A stretch of DNA of 64,000 bases from Promethearchaeati archaeon (GCA_013166775.1 JABLTJ010000015.1:1-64000); one strand, 5' to 3'; counted from the stretch's first letter, positions 20,115-31,001 are shown. The notes: generated from the letters alone by a model not told the origin. Translations and numbers: made by a program.

Positions 20115-20792
20115 TTATTTCCAGAACTGCCACCATTTCTTTCCTTCTTTTTCTTTCTTACTTACAGTAGTCCTGAGTTCTATTACTCCATCTTTAATAC
20201 CTAATTTGAAAACCATATCGCGAAATCCTTCTGGTTCATTTTCTTCTTCAATAACATAAACTAAAGGAGCGAATTTTCTTTCAACCTCAAGCTTTCTTGA
20301 TATTCTACCAGCTTCATATTTTTCTTTGATTTGACTATCTTTTCCTATCCAGATGTAAATATCCAATTGAGCATCTAGTAAAAATGCATCATCAGATTTG
20401 AAATATTGATATCCTATGGGTAAATCTATGATATCAACATCTCCTTTATCATCCTCTCTTAACTGTAGCAATCGCATATCTTTCTGAATTTGCTTTTCGA
20501 AGTGCTTTAGAAAACCTGGAGTATCACCTTCAACAACCTCAAAATCAATAATCTCAGTGAATTTAGCGGGTTCCTCACTTTCCAAGATTGTTTTAATTTT
20601 CAAGTTTTGGTTCTTCTGTTCTAAAATTCTAGCCATCCAAGCCCCAACAGTCTTGTCATCAACATAGGATTTTGAACCTACCCAGATCCACATTTCTGTG
20701 TCTGTTTCAACAACATACACATCACCATTAAGAAATTTGTAAGGTTCTTTGATGGGTATTAGATTTTTTTTCGAAACGTGATATACCTTCAT
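20115..20792 (-). CDS. Two-domain gelsolin-like actin regulator
   Basis: Domain 1: FLNGDVYVVE...WIWVGSKSYVDDK. Domain 2: FKSDDAFLLD...IYIWIGKDSQIKEK...EEENEP. Start placed at ATG 20792. Confidence 0.88.
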   Translation of the reverse strand: MKVYHVSKKNLIPIKEPYKFLNGDVYVVETDTEMWIWVGSKSYVDDKTVGAWMARILEQKNQNLKIKTILESEEPAKFTEIIDFEVVEGDTPGFLKHFEKQIQKDMRLLQLREDDKGDVDIIDLPIGYQYFKSDDAFLLDAQLDIYIWIGKDSQIKEKYEAGRISRKLEVERKFAPLVYVIEEENEPEGFRDMVFKLGIKDGVIELRTTVSKKEKEGKKWWQFWK

Positions 20793-20858
20793 GCAGCAGT
20801 TAATGCACTTAAAGAATATAATGGTTTCCATACAAAGTGACTGAAATCCTGAAGAAAA

Positions 20859-21857
20859 TCAACTCACTTCTTTTAGTTCTTCTATCTTTCCTCCAATATC
20901 TAGACCTGCGTTTCTACCGTTTCCGTCAAAGAGTATTTCTTCTTTATTTTTAGATATTTTAACAAACTTTGCATGAATTTTTGCAGTAATACACTCTATT
21001 ATCCTACCTGTCATTGAACCTTCTATAGGTGAATGTAGATCTACGCTTGCTGATTTTGCAGCTTCAAGTTCAAGTCTGTATTTTTTATCTTGAAAATGAA
21101 CTGTAACTAGATTGTCTGTTAATTGAAGTTTAGTTATTTTTGCTCCTGTATAAGTAGTAAATCTGTAGACTTTTCCATTGAAAAGAAATCCTACAACAAA
21201 TCCATCAAACGAACTACCTAACCAAGGTATTTTTGCTACTGATGCCATTACAGAAATTCCCTCAGTTTCAAAATGATTAGACTGCATCCAAATATAATAA
21301 CTGGGAAAGCTTTTCCCATAATCCTTTTCGATATACCCCCTACCTTCTGTGAAATCGATTTCTTTTTCATTAATGCTAATTTTACCATCTAGAGGATGAT
21401 CAAATCCAATAACTGCGTGGTAGCATTCCATAAAGGGAACGAAAGCATACCCGCCCATTGCTCCTGGTGAAAGAAATTTTACAGGCCAAGGTTTGAGATT
21501 TTTAATACTTATTTTTCCGCTAATTTTCTGATCATCATTATCAATATTTAATTCAAATCCATTCTGATGAAATGAGTTTTTACCAATCCTTACTTGAAAT
21601 CGTTTCTTGGAGTAATGAAATTCTGAGATGTCAAACCTAAAATAATTCATTGAAGCTTTGATTCCATCAAAAAACATTATGAACGCATGTGTATTTCCTT
21701 CCTTATCAAAAGAGACACCTGGGATAATAGCATAGACATTATTTTCGCTTTTATCTACTATCTTGAAATACCAACCTTCGAAATAACGCTTCATATCCCC
21801 TTTTCCTTGATAAACCTCAGGTTTCCAAATCCGTTTTCCTTTTCTAAATTGCATCAA
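20859..21857 (-). CDS. Tocopherol cyclase family protein
   Basis: YFEGWYFK, MECYH and GYIEKDYGKSFP.YIWMQSN. Confidence 0.88.
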   Translation of the reverse strand: MMQFRKGKRIWKPEVYQGKGDMKRYFEGWYFKIVDKSENNVYAIIPGVSFDKEGNTHAFIMFFDGIKASMNYFRFDISEFHYSKKRFQVRIGKNSFHQNGFELNIDNDDQKISGKISIKNLKPWPVKFLSPGAMGGYAFVPFMECYHAVIGFDHPLDGKISINEKEIDFTEGRGYIEKDYGKSFPSYYIWMQSNHFETEGISVMASVAKIPWLGSSFDGFVVGFLFNGKVYRFTTYTGAKITKLQLTDNLVTVHFQDKKYRLELEAAKSASVDLHSPIEGSMTGRIIECITAKIHAKFVKISKNKEEILFDGNGRNAGLDIGGKIEELKEVS

Positions 21858-21993
21858 TGCTCTCTGAACCTTATGATTCTTTTACTTATATTATTTTGTT
21901 ACTCACAAAAGATAATTTGGTCAGTTAATGGTCACTTTTACTCGTCATGTTAAAATGAAGTGACCTGTGCATAGTATATATTAGTGAAAAAAA

Positions 21994-22119
21994 ATGAGTT
22001 CAAAACGAAGTCGAAATAAAAAGGAAAGAATGGTAAAGGAATGGAAAATCAATTCCGAAGGTAGGAAAGAACAGAAGAAAGAATTTGATTACGTTGCTGG
22101 TCAAATGATCTACTACTGA
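21994..22119 (+). CDS. Putative 41-aa basic small protein (not in the ORF track)
   Basis: MSSKRSRNKKERMVKEWKINSEGRKEQKKEFDYVAGQMIYY*. TATA-like tatata about 15-20 nt upstream and a T-tract downstream. Confidence 0.45.
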   Translation: MSSKRSRNKKERMVKEWKINSEGRKEQKKEFDYVAGQMIYY

Positions 22120-22225
22120 ATTCTCCTTTATTTTTTAATAACTCATATAAACTCTCTCTGTTTTATGAGTGCTCTAAAAATTCCTCTCCCAAAGTTTAAA
22201 TTTATGAATAATTCTTGCGTATTAG

Positions 22226-24307
22226 GTGTCTTATTGTTTGAATAAAGCAGAGAGTAAAATCAGAATAGGAATAGATACAGGGGGTACGTTTACTGATTTT
22301 GTAATAGTCTCAGAAGGATTCGTAAAAGCATGGAAAATCCCCACAACTCCTGTTGATCCAAGCGAAGGGATAATTCTTGGACTAAAGGAAGCAGCAGAAC
22401 GATTTGAATTCCACCTAAGCGATATCGAACTTCTAATTCATGGTACCACAATCGGAACTAATGCTTTTCTTGAAGATAAGTGCCCACCAATTTGCTTTAT
22501 TACAACAAAAGGATTTCGCGATATTGTAGAAATTGGAAGACAACAAAGATCAGAATTGTATAACTTAAAATTCGCACAAAAGTATCCAATTTCGTTTTCA
22601 AATGATCTGATACTGGAAGTAGAAGAAAGACTTGATAGCGAAGGTAAGGAGATAAAATCACTTGATATTAACAATCTAGATAGTATCACAGCTTCTATTA
22701 AATCCAAATCGATAGAGAACATAGCTGTATCTCTATTATTCTCTTTCCTCAATCCAACTAACGAAAAGAAAGTATCAGAATTTCTATCAGCAAAGGGATT
22801 TAACATTTTTACATCGCATGAAATAAGTCCTCAAATACGTGAATATGAACGTGCAGTTACTACTATCGTGAACGCCAAAGTAAGTCCAGTAGTAAATGAT
22901 TATTTATATCGCTTAAAATCAAAACTTGTTTCTGAAGGAACAAGCTCCCCTCTGTTAATTATGCAATCAAATACAGGTATGTCAGATGTTGCTTCCATTG
23001 GGAAATCTGGTGTTCAAACTCTTTATTCAGGTTTAGCGGGAGGAGTAATGGCAGCCGCAGATAGTTTGAAACATCTTAATAAATCACATCTAGTTTCCTT
23101 AGATATTGGAGGAACATCAACAGATGTTTCCGCTATTATAGATGGTCCCATTGTTTTACGTTCCAGAATGTTTAGCGGTTTTCCTCTAGTTGCAAGTATG
23201 GTTGATGTGGAAACTATAGGAAGTGGTGGAGGTTCAATTGCAAAGTTCAAGGATGGATTGTTATCGGTTGGACCTGAATCTCAAGGAGCAAATCCTGGGC
23301 CTGCATGTTATTCCTTAGGTGGGAAACAAGCTACTTTAACTGATGCTAATCTATTCCTAGGCTATGTTCATGAGGATAATTTTGCTGGAAATTTGAACAT
23401 CGACAAAGGGAAGTCTGTTTCTTTTTTGAAAAAACTACTAGAAGAAATAAAATCATCAGAACTACCTCTAGAAATAAAATCAATTGATGAACTAGCAATA
23501 TCTATAAGACAAATTTTAAACGATAATATAGCTAACGCAATTCGTGTAGTAACTGTTCAAAGAGGATTAGATCCTAGAGATTTTGCGCTACTTGGCTTTG
23601 GCGGAGCGGGACCTTTACAGGCTTGGGAAATAGCGCAAGAACTTGAAATGAATGGAGTAATTATACCTCCTTTTCCAGGTGTATGGTCAGCTTTCGGTCT
23701 TGTATGCTCTGATATTAAGCATATGGTAACAAAATCCTATTTACAAACAACAGCAGAATTAAATCTAGACGAGATAAATTCCAAATTTTATGAAATCAAA
23801 GAAGAGTTAGTTAGTATTCTAACAAATGAAGCCATAGATAAGAAAGATCAGTTCTTCAACTATTCAATAGATATGAGGTATGTAGGACAATCAGATGCTC
23901 TGACACTTCAAATCAATTTTCCTTTTGAAAGAAAACAACTTGATAAAACAGTTGAGAAATTTCATCCCCTTCACAATCAGAATTATTCTTGGTTTGACAA
24001 AGGGTTAACGGTTGAAATAGTAAATGTTTCAGTAGAAGCTATAGGTCGTGTTCCTCGAATTGAACTTACAAAATTACAATCAGGATCAAGAAATCCTTCA
24101 GAGGAAGCGCATAAGAAAAGCCGAAAAATAAATTTTGAGGGAGAATGGATTGAGACACCTGTATTTGAAAAATCTCTTTTATTAAACGGAAATGTGCTTG
24201 AAGGACCTTGCATAATTGACCAATTAGATACAACAACGGTTATCCCGCCAAATGTAATCGGAAAAATCAATGAACTGGGTTATGTTATAATGGAGGAAAA
24301 GAAATGA
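22226..24307 (+). CDS. hyuA: Hydantoinase A / 5-oxoprolinase subunit
   Basis: GIDTGGTFTD, HGTT, DIGGTSTD, GSGGGS and GFGGAGPL. Confidence 0.92.
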   Translation: MSYCLNKAESKIRIGIDTGGTFTDFVIVSEGFVKAWKIPTTPVDPSEGIILGLKEAAERFEFHLSDIELLIHGTTIGTNAFLEDKCPPICFITTKGFRDIVEIGRQQRSELYNLKFAQKYPISFSNDLILEVEERLDSEGKEIKSLDINNLDSITASIKSKSIENIAVSLLFSFLNPTNEKKVSEFLSAKGFNIFTSHEISPQIREYERAVTTIVNAKVSPVVNDYLYRLKSKLVSEGTSSPLLIMQSNTGMSDVASIGKSGVQTLYSGLAGGVMAAADSLKHLNKSHLVSLDIGGTSTDVSAIIDGPIVLRSRMFSGFPLVASMVDVETIGSGGGSIAKFKDGLLSVGPESQGANPGPACYSLGGKQATLTDANLFLGYVHEDNFAGNLNIDKGKSVSFLKKLLEEIKSSELPLEIKSIDELAISIRQILNDNIANAIRVVTVQRGLDPRDFALLGFGGAGPLQAWEIAQELEMNGVIIPPFPGVWSAFGLVCSDIKHMVTKSYLQTTAELNLDEINSKFYEIKEELVSILTNEAIDKKDQFFNYSIDMRYVGQSDALTLQINFPFERKQLDKTVEKFHPLHNQNYSWFDKGLTVEIVNVSVEAIGRVPRIELTKLQSGSRNPSEEAHKKSRKINFEGEWIETPVFEKSLLLNGNVLEGPCIIDQLDTTTVIPPNVIGKINELGYVIMEEKK

Positions 24308-25884
24308 ATGCTAAATTCAGTTTAATAGAAGCTCAAGTAATTAATCAAGCTCTCAAGAATGTGGCATTAGAGACAGGAATAGTGCTTCAACGTTCAGCAT
24401 TTTCTCCGAACATCAAGGATAGATTAGATTTTTCAAGTGCTATAATGGATCAAGATGGTCAATTAATCGCTCAAGCGGAGCACATTCCAGTTCATCTTGG
24501 AGCTATGCCAAAAGGTGTTCAAGCTATTATTGATTACTTTGGAAAAGAAAATATCTTGGACGGGGATATCTACATAGCAAACAATCCTTACTTAGGAGGA
24601 ACTCATTTACCTGATATAGCTGTTATAAAACCGATTTTCTATGATGAGAAGCTAGTTGGATATATTGCAAACAGATGTCATCATGCCGATGTTGGAGGTG
24701 TAGTCCCCGGCTCTATGCCAAGTGGTAAGTACACCTTAGAGGAAGAAGGATATGTTATAGATCCCACGATTTTTGAAAGAAAAGGTGTTTTGAATCAAGA
24801 GTGGTTTGATGATTTTCTTTCAAACATACGTGTCCCTGTAGAAAGAAAAGGTGACATTCAAGCTCAAATAGCTTCTACAAAGATCGGGGAGAAGAAATTC
24901 CACTCACTCCTTCAGAAATATTCTCTAGATAGAGTTCAACAAGTGATTGATTTTCTTAATGAAAGATCAAAAAATGCATCTTTAGAACTAATAGAACAAA
25001 TACCAGAAAATCAAACTTTTAGCTTTACTGATTGTATGGATAATGATGGAGTGAAGGATGAATCTATTAACATAACAGCTGAAGTAGAAAGAAAAGATGA
25101 CAAACTGATTGTAGATTATAGCAAAACTGATTCGCAAGTAGAAGGTAATATTAATGCAACTTATGCAGTAACGCTTTCAGCGACATACTATATTTTGCGA
25201 TGTCTAATCTCAAGAGAATATGCAACAAATTACGGTCTCTACGCACCTCTAGATGTAATTACAAAAAAGGGGACTTTAGTAGACCCTCTACCTCCTGCAG
25301 GAGTAGCAGCAGGAAATGTGGAAACTAGTCAAAGAATTACTGATGTTATGTTAGGAGTATTTTCAAAGTTGTTCCCCGATGATGTTCCTGCGGCAAGCAG
25401 TGGGACAATGAACAATACCATAATAGGTGGATTGGATTCAACTGGAAAAGAATTCACATATTACGAAACAATAGCAGGAGGAATAGGAGCAGGAAAGAAT
25501 TATTCTCCACCAAATGCAAAACATAGTCACATGACAAATACCAGGAACACTTCAATCGAAGTTCTAGAACGATACTATCCCTTACGTGTAGAAGAATACT
25601 CTATAATACCTGATACTGGAGGAATAGGAAAATGGTCTGGGAGTAATGGTGTTCGTCGATCAATTCAATTATTAGCTGAAGAAGGCGTCCTTTCAATTCA
25701 AAGTGAAAGAAGAGTACATTCTCCTTTCGGATTGTTTGGCGGAAAAGAAGGAGGAAAAGGAAAGAACCTTTTGAAAACATCTAACAAGATTATGCAACTC
25801 CCTTCAAAAATAACAAAGAAAATTATGAAAGGAGACATTGTTGTGATTGAAACTCCTGGTGGTGGAGGATACGGAAAGAAATGA
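24304..25884 (+). CDS. hyuB: Hydantoinase B / 5-oxoprolinase subunit
   Basis: HIPVHLG, GGTHLPD, HHADVGG and ETPGGGGYG. Overlaps hyuA by 4 nt. Confidence 0.92.
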   Translation: MNAKFSLIEAQVINQALKNVALETGIVLQRSAFSPNIKDRLDFSSAIMDQDGQLIAQAEHIPVHLGAMPKGVQAIIDYFGKENILDGDIYIANNPYLGGTHLPDIAVIKPIFYDEKLVGYIANRCHHADVGGVVPGSMPSGKYTLEEEGYVIDPTIFERKGVLNQEWFDDFLSNIRVPVERKGDIQAQIASTKIGEKKFHSLLQKYSLDRVQQVIDFLNERSKNASLELIEQIPENQTFSFTDCMDNDGVKDESINITAEVERKDDKLIVDYSKTDSQVEGNINATYAVTLSATYYILRCLISREYATNYGLYAPLDVITKKGTLVDPLPPAGVAAGNVETSQRITDVMLGVFSKLFPDDVPAASSGTMNNTIIGGLDSTGKEFTYYETIAGGIGAGKNYSPPNAKHSHMTNTRNTSIEVLERYYPLRVEEYSIIPDTGGIGKWSGSNGVRRSIQLLAEEGVLSIQSERRVHSPFGLFGGKEGGKGKNLLKTSNKIMQLPSKITKKIMKGDIVVIETPGGGGYGKK

Positions 25885-26056
25885 ATGTAAATAGCTGAAA
25901 CACATCGTATTCGTACCGTATTATTCGGGTATTTCCGTTTTTGTCGTTTTATTGTTAGAAGCTCTGAGGAGAAAGAAATCCATACTTTTCTCTTTTTCTT
26001 AGGTTTTGTTGAATTATAACCTAAAAATTTAGATATTACTAAGCACAGTTCACTTC

Positions 26057-26848
26057 ATGGCTGAAGAAGAATCTTTAGTGTTTGTTGATAAAGTAGGAAA
26101 AAAAGAGGACATTGCATTAATCACACTTAATCGTCAAAAAGTTTTGAATAGCTTAAACGAATCAATGTTAAATCAATTAGAGAAAACATTCAAAATTCTA
26201 AGAAATGATAAGATGGTTCGTGCAGTAATTATCTATGCTGAAGGAAAGAGTTGGAGTGCAGGTGTCGATTTAAAATGGGCAGCATCCTTGGGGTGGAGAA
26301 TCATGAAAGCAATTAAAATGGGTCAGAAGGTTTTTGCTAAAATTGAAAAGCATCCTGCTCCTGTTATTGCAGCTATTAATGGTTACGCTATAGGTGGAGG
26401 GATGGAACTTGCGCTTTCTTGTGATATTCGTATTGCTTCTGCTTCTGCTACATTTGGACAATCAGAAACTGCAGTAGGTTTACTACCTGGATGGGGAGGA
26501 ACTTACCGTCTTCCAAAAACAGTAGGATTATCCATAGCTAAGGATCTTATTTTTACTAGTCGTAGATTCTCAGCAGAAGAAGCGCTCAAAATGAATCTAG
26601 TTAGTAAAATAGTTTCTGCAGATGAATTGAAGAATCAAGCTATTGAGATAGCTGAAAATGTCTCTGAAAATGCTCCAATAGCAGTAAGAGAAGCTAAGAA
26701 AGCAATAAGAAAAGGTCTTCATAGATCGTTAAAGATAGGGTATTGTGCAGAAGTTAAAGGGATTCGGAAATGCATTAGAACCAAAGATATAAGAGAAGGA
26801 ATTAAAGCTGTTTTCGAGAAAAGAAAGCCGGAATTCAAAGGGAAATAA
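26057..26848 (+). CDS. Enoyl-CoA hydratase/isomerase
   Basis: SAGVDL, GGGMELALSCD and E..VGLLPGWGGT. Confidence 0.93.
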   Translation: MAEEESLVFVDKVGKKEDIALITLNRQKVLNSLNESMLNQLEKTFKILRNDKMVRAVIIYAEGKSWSAGVDLKWAASLGWRIMKAIKMGQKVFAKIEKHPAPVIAAINGYAIGGGMELALSCDIRIASASATFGQSETAVGLLPGWGGTYRLPKTVGLSIAKDLIFTSRRFSAEEALKMNLVSKIVSADELKNQAIEIAENVSENAPIAVREAKKAIRKGLHRSLKIGYCAEVKGIRKCIRTKDIREGIKAVFEKRKPEFKGK

Positions 26849-26877
26849 TCTCCAAATAAACTCTTGAGGTTTTTTAT

Positions 26878-27624
26878 ATGTCTCAATTATCTATATCGGA
26901 AGCTGAGGAAGAATATCTAGAAACGTTTTTTTGGTTTCTTGAATATGGAAATAGACACGTTAAGACAAATCAAATAGCAGAAATGATGAATGTGGATCCA
27001 AGCACTGTCACATCAATGCTCAAAAAATTATATAAAAAAGAATTAATTGACTATAAACCATATTATGGAGCTCAACTCACTGCTAAAGGGGAAAAAATAG
27101 CTCGCAAAGTTGTTAGGAAACATAGATTATCAGAGAGTTTTCTAGAATGGTTAGGTGTTCCATGGTCTAAAATACATGAAGAAGCTTGTAAATGGGAACA
27201 TGTGCTAACAGATGAGATTTCTGAAATGATTGAAAAGAAGATTCAACCCTCTAAGACTCCTTATGGTGCTTTTATTCCTCAGAAAGATGGATCATTATCT
27301 GTAATTCCAGAAAGTAAACCCCTAGCCCTTTTCAGTGAGGGTCATCTGATTGAAATTGTTGAAATTATCGAAAGAGCAATAGCTAGACATTTCCCGCAAG
27401 AAGCAACATTGCAGGAAGTTTACGCAGAACTTGAAAAGAAAGGATTGAAACCAGAAGAAAAGTTTTTGATAATATCAACACATGTTAGAGAAGATGTTCG
27501 TATCGAAAAATGGTCGCTCTCTTATGATCTAGATATGATTCTTAAAAACAAGGAAGAAGAAGTAATAGAGATACCCTATTATCTTATAAATATGATTTTT
27601 GCAAAAGAAATAGAAAGAGAATGA
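26878..27624 (+). CDS. DtxR/MntR metal-dependent transcriptional regulator
   Basis: EEEYLE, RKHRLSE, EACKWEH and a FeoA-like C-terminal region. Confidence 0.92.
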   Translation: MSQLSISEAEEEYLETFFWFLEYGNRHVKTNQIAEMMNVDPSTVTSMLKKLYKKELIDYKPYYGAQLTAKGEKIARKVVRKHRLSESFLEWLGVPWSKIHEEACKWEHVLTDEISEMIEKKIQPSKTPYGAFIPQKDGSLSVIPESKPLALFSEGHLIEIVEIIERAIARHFPQEATLQEVYAELEKKGLKPEEKFLIISTHVREDVRIEKWSLSYDLDMILKNKEEEVIEIPYYLINMIFAKEIERE

Positions 27625-27629
27625 AAATT

Positions 27630-29069
27630 TCATTCTGTTTGTGTCAGTTTCCAAAGAATTCGTTTAGGTGTATCTTCTAAAGTTATCCCTGCTTCCTTCA
27701 AATCATCTCTGATTTTGTCACCCATTTCCCAATTCTTCTCTTTTCTGAATTCTCCTCGGAGTTCAATTAAGAGTTTGATTAATTTCTCTACTAAATCTAT
27801 TGAGAGATAACTATTGAAGTCTTCAAAAAATCCAAAAACATCTCTTAACTCGTCGAAGAAGTTATCTGCTTCATTGATTACAGAACCATTGACATTTTCA
27901 GCCTTTCTTAGGTAGTCATTCACTTCTCTAGAAAAATCAAAAACTACTGCTAAACCGTTAGATGTATTGAAGTCTTCATCCATAGCTTCAACAAAGTTTT
28001 CTCTTGCTTTCTTTATTTTTTCAAGCAAGTCTTTGTCTAAATCAGAATGTTTTGCATCATCTACTTCTTTTGTCTCATCAGCGTAGTTTTTAGTTAATAG
28101 GATAACATCAAAGAGTCTATCTACAGTAACTTGAGTTTGATCCATCGCATCTTCTGTAAATACGATTGGGCTACGATAATGTGTTTGGAGAACAAACAAT
28201 CTAACCGCGTCAGGAGAGTAATACTTCAACAAATCATAGATGTTGACAAAGTTACCTAGTGACTTACTCATTTTCGTTTTGTCGATGTTAATGAATCCAT
28301 TGTGTAACCAGTAATTTACAAATTGTTTACCTGTAAGGGATTCTGATTGAGCGATTTCGTTTTCATGATGTGGAAAGATAAGATCTTGACCACCACTATG
28401 AATATCCAAAGTTTCTCCAAGATAAAGCATGGACATTGTCGAACATTCACTGTGCCATCCAATTCTTCCCTTTCCCCAAGGTGATGGCCAATAAGGTTCT
28501 CCTGGTTTCATTTTCTTCCATAGTGCAAAATCTGCTGGGAACTTTTTCTTTGGATTATCTGCATCTTCTGTTCCTTCTTGTAGAATGTTGTCAAGTTTTT
28601 GATTTGAAAGTTTACCATATTCGTCGAATTTTCTCACATCGAAATAAACATCCCCATCGCTTTCGTAAGCAACACCTTTCTTAATCAATTTTTCAATGGA
28701 TTCTATCATTTGGTTCATATGAAGCATTGCTCTAGGATGTATTGTAGCAGGTTTCAGATTTAAACTAGCCATATCTCTTCTGAAATAACTTAGATACTCT
28801 TCTGCAACCTCTAATACTGGTCTCTGTTCTTGATTCGAAACCTCGATCATTCTGTCCTCAATATCTGTAAAGTTCATAATATACTCTACTTTGTAATCTC
28901 TGTACTCTAAATATCTACGAATGGTATCGAAAGCTATTGCTGAACGAGCATGACCTAGATGCATTAGACCATTAACTGTTGGTCCACAGTTATACCACTT
29001 TACAACATCGGGTTCAATTGTCTTGAACTCTTCTAGTTTTCGTGTAAGTGTGCTGTAGATTTTTATCAT
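27630..29069 (-). CDS. cysS: Cysteine--tRNA ligase
   Basis: CGPTV, HLGH, GWHSEC, FPHHENE and KMSKS. Confidence 0.97.
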   Translation of the reverse strand: MIKIYSTLTRKLEEFKTIEPDVVKWYNCGPTVNGLMHLGHARSAIAFDTIRRYLEYRDYKVEYIMNFTDIEDRMIEVSNQEQRPVLEVAEEYLSYFRRDMASLNLKPATIHPRAMLHMNQMIESIEKLIKKGVAYESDGDVYFDVRKFDEYGKLSNQKLDNILQEGTEDADNPKKKFPADFALWKKMKPGEPYWPSPWGKGRIGWHSECSTMSMLYLGETLDIHSGGQDLIFPHHENEIAQSESLTGKQFVNYWLHNGFINIDKTKMSKSLGNFVNIYDLLKYYSPDAVRLFVLQTHYRSPIVFTEDAMDQTQVTVDRLFDVILLTKNYADETKEVDDAKHSDLDKDLLEKIKKARENFVEAMDEDFNTSNGLAVVFDFSREVNDYLRKAENVNGSVINEADNFFDELRDVFGFFEDFNSYLSIDLVEKLIKLLIELRGEFRKEKNWEMGDKIRDDLKEAGITLEDTPKRILWKLTQTE

Positions 29070-29192
29070 AGGACAAGTTCAAAATTGTCTTAAAAAAGCG
29101 TTTCGCTTGGTAAGAAGTTAAAATAACTTAACTTCAAAGCGTTTTTGCTCTAAAACATTATATAGAACCATACTTTTTTTCACAAGAGGAAA

Positions 29193-30182
29193 ATGACTAT
29201 TTTAGTAACAGGAGCAACCAGTGCTGTAGGTTACTTCATTGCAAAGGAATTAAGAGAAAAATATCCTAAGACAGAGATTAAAGCCTTAACCCGTTCTGAC
29301 AAGAAAGCTCCAGAATTAGAAGAATTAGGTATTAGTTTTGTTAAGGGTGATTTAACTGACAAACCATCTCTTGAAAAAGCCCTCAATGGAATAGATGATG
29401 TCTATAACGCAGCTGGAGAAGCAAGAGATTACATCCCTTCCAGAATTTACTATGAAGTTAATGTGGATGGTACAAGGAACATATTGGATGCTTTTATCAA
29501 AAATAATGGAAGCAGGTTCTTACATGTAAGCACTGTAGGTATCTATGGGTACAAGGTCAAAAATCACCCCATAAAAGAAGATTATCCTAAAAAATCTGAT
29601 CATCCTTATCATGAGAGCAAGTGGGTTGCAGAACAGTTGGTTTTTGAGTATGCAAAAGAGCATGGTTTCTTTGCTTCGACTGTACGACCTCCATACATTG
29701 TTGGACCTCGTGATAGACAAGTTGCTCCCAAAATATTTGATTATCTTCTTAATGATAAGAAAATTCCATTGGTAGGAAAAGGAAAGGCAACTATATCTTT
29801 TGTTCATCATGAAGATGTAGCTAGAGCTTTAGTTATGTGTGGAGAAGCAGAAAAAGCAAACGGAGAAGCATTTCATGTTATTGGTTCGTCTTGTACAGCA
29901 AAAGAATTATTTGAATTAGCAGGAGAGATTAGTGGAAAAAAACCTATATTCTCAGAAATAAGTTTTCCACTGGCTATTTCTGTAGCTGTTATAAGTGAAG
30001 CAATTGCAAAGATGAAAGGATCGAAGCCTAAAATTTCCCGAAGAAGAATAAATCAATTTAGTAGAACTCGTGTTTATGATTTTACTAAAATAAAAGATTT
30101 TGTTGGTTTTAAACCACAGTATGATGTCAAACAAGCTTTTCAAGATGCTTTCAATTGGATGAAAGAACAGAAGCTAGTTTAG
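29193..30182 (+). CDS. NAD-dependent epimerase/dehydratase
   Basis: VTGATSAVG, HVST, YHESK and GPRD. Confidence 0.9.
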   Translation: MTILVTGATSAVGYFIAKELREKYPKTEIKALTRSDKKAPELEELGISFVKGDLTDKPSLEKALNGIDDVYNAAGEARDYIPSRIYYEVNVDGTRNILDAFIKNNGSRFLHVSTVGIYGYKVKNHPIKEDYPKKSDHPYHESKWVAEQLVFEYAKEHGFFASTVRPPYIVGPRDRQVAPKIFDYLLNDKKIPLVGKGKATISFVHHEDVARALVMCGEAEKANGEAFHVIGSSCTAKELFELAGEISGKKPIFSEISFPLAISVAVISEAIAKMKGSKPKISRRRINQFSRTRVYDFTKIKDFVGFKPQYDVKQAFQDAFNWMKEQKLV

Positions 30183-30943
30183 AGTTGTTTCTCAAATCCA
30201 TATCTTTCTTTTATTTCATAAAGAGATTGAGTGGATAAGTCTACTTTCGATGTTAAAGAACGAAATTTGAATAAGTCAAAGAAACCTGAAAATAATCTTT
30301 TGAGCCCATATTTGGATTTTCCACTCAATCTAGGTCTGTGAGTTACACAAATTTCTGTAATGTTAAATCCTCTATTTTCAAGAATCACAGGCAAATATCG
30401 GTGTGCTCTCTTTGGTAGTATTAAATCCTTAACTGTTTTTCTTCTATAAACTCTCAACGTACAATTATTATCGTGCAAGTTGCTTCCGGTAAATCTTCTG
30501 TTCAGAATATTGTAGATTCTAGAAGGAACCTTCTTTGTCAACAAAGAATCATGGCGTTTCTTACGCCATCCGCATACAACATCATATTCTTGTGTCAGAG
30601 CTGAAAGAAGCTTAGGGATATTACTCGGATCATCCTGTCCATCTCCATCTAAAGTTACAATTATGTCTCCTATGATTGATTGGAAACCAGCTGTAAGAGC
30701 TGCACTTTTACCAAACCTTTTACTTAATTGTATTATCCGTAAATATTGTTCTTCATTAGAAAAGAGGGAGAGAAGATTTGATAATGTGTTATCTTTCGAA
30801 CCGTCATCAACATAGATGATTTCAAAATTGTTCGTTATTTCTTGTATTATCCCTTTGAGTTCACTAAAGAGTGGAAGAATATTATCCTCTTCATTAAAAA
30901 CAGGAATAACAACAGATAGCATCATTTCAATTTCATTTAACAA
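30179..30943 (-). CDS. GT2 glycosyltransferase (DPM/ArnC-like)
   Basis: VIPVFNEE, VDDGSKD, LDGDGQDDP and HRPRLSGKSKY. Confidence 0.92.
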   Translation of the reverse strand: MLNEIEMMLSVVIPVFNEEDNILPLFSELKGIIQEITNNFEIIYVDDGSKDNTLSNLLSLFSNEEQYLRIIQLSKRFGKSAALTAGFQSIIGDIIVTLDGDGQDDPSNIPKLLSALTQEYDVVCGWRKKRHDSLLTKKVPSRIYNILNRRFTGSNLHDNNCTLRVYRRKTVKDLILPKRAHRYLPVILENRGFNITEICVTHRPRLSGKSKYGLKRLFSGFFDLFKFRSLTSKVDLSTQSLYEIKERYGFEKQL

Positions 30944-31001
30944 TATGAAACAAAAGTCTTTCTTTAAACTTGAATTATGAAAGCAAATTGTGATTTAGAA
31001 A

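Noticed and set aside
25905-25952. Degenerate cgtatt/ccgttt micro-repeats after hyuB
   Set aside because: They have no constant unit or spacers, so this is not a CRISPR array. It is too short to interpret.
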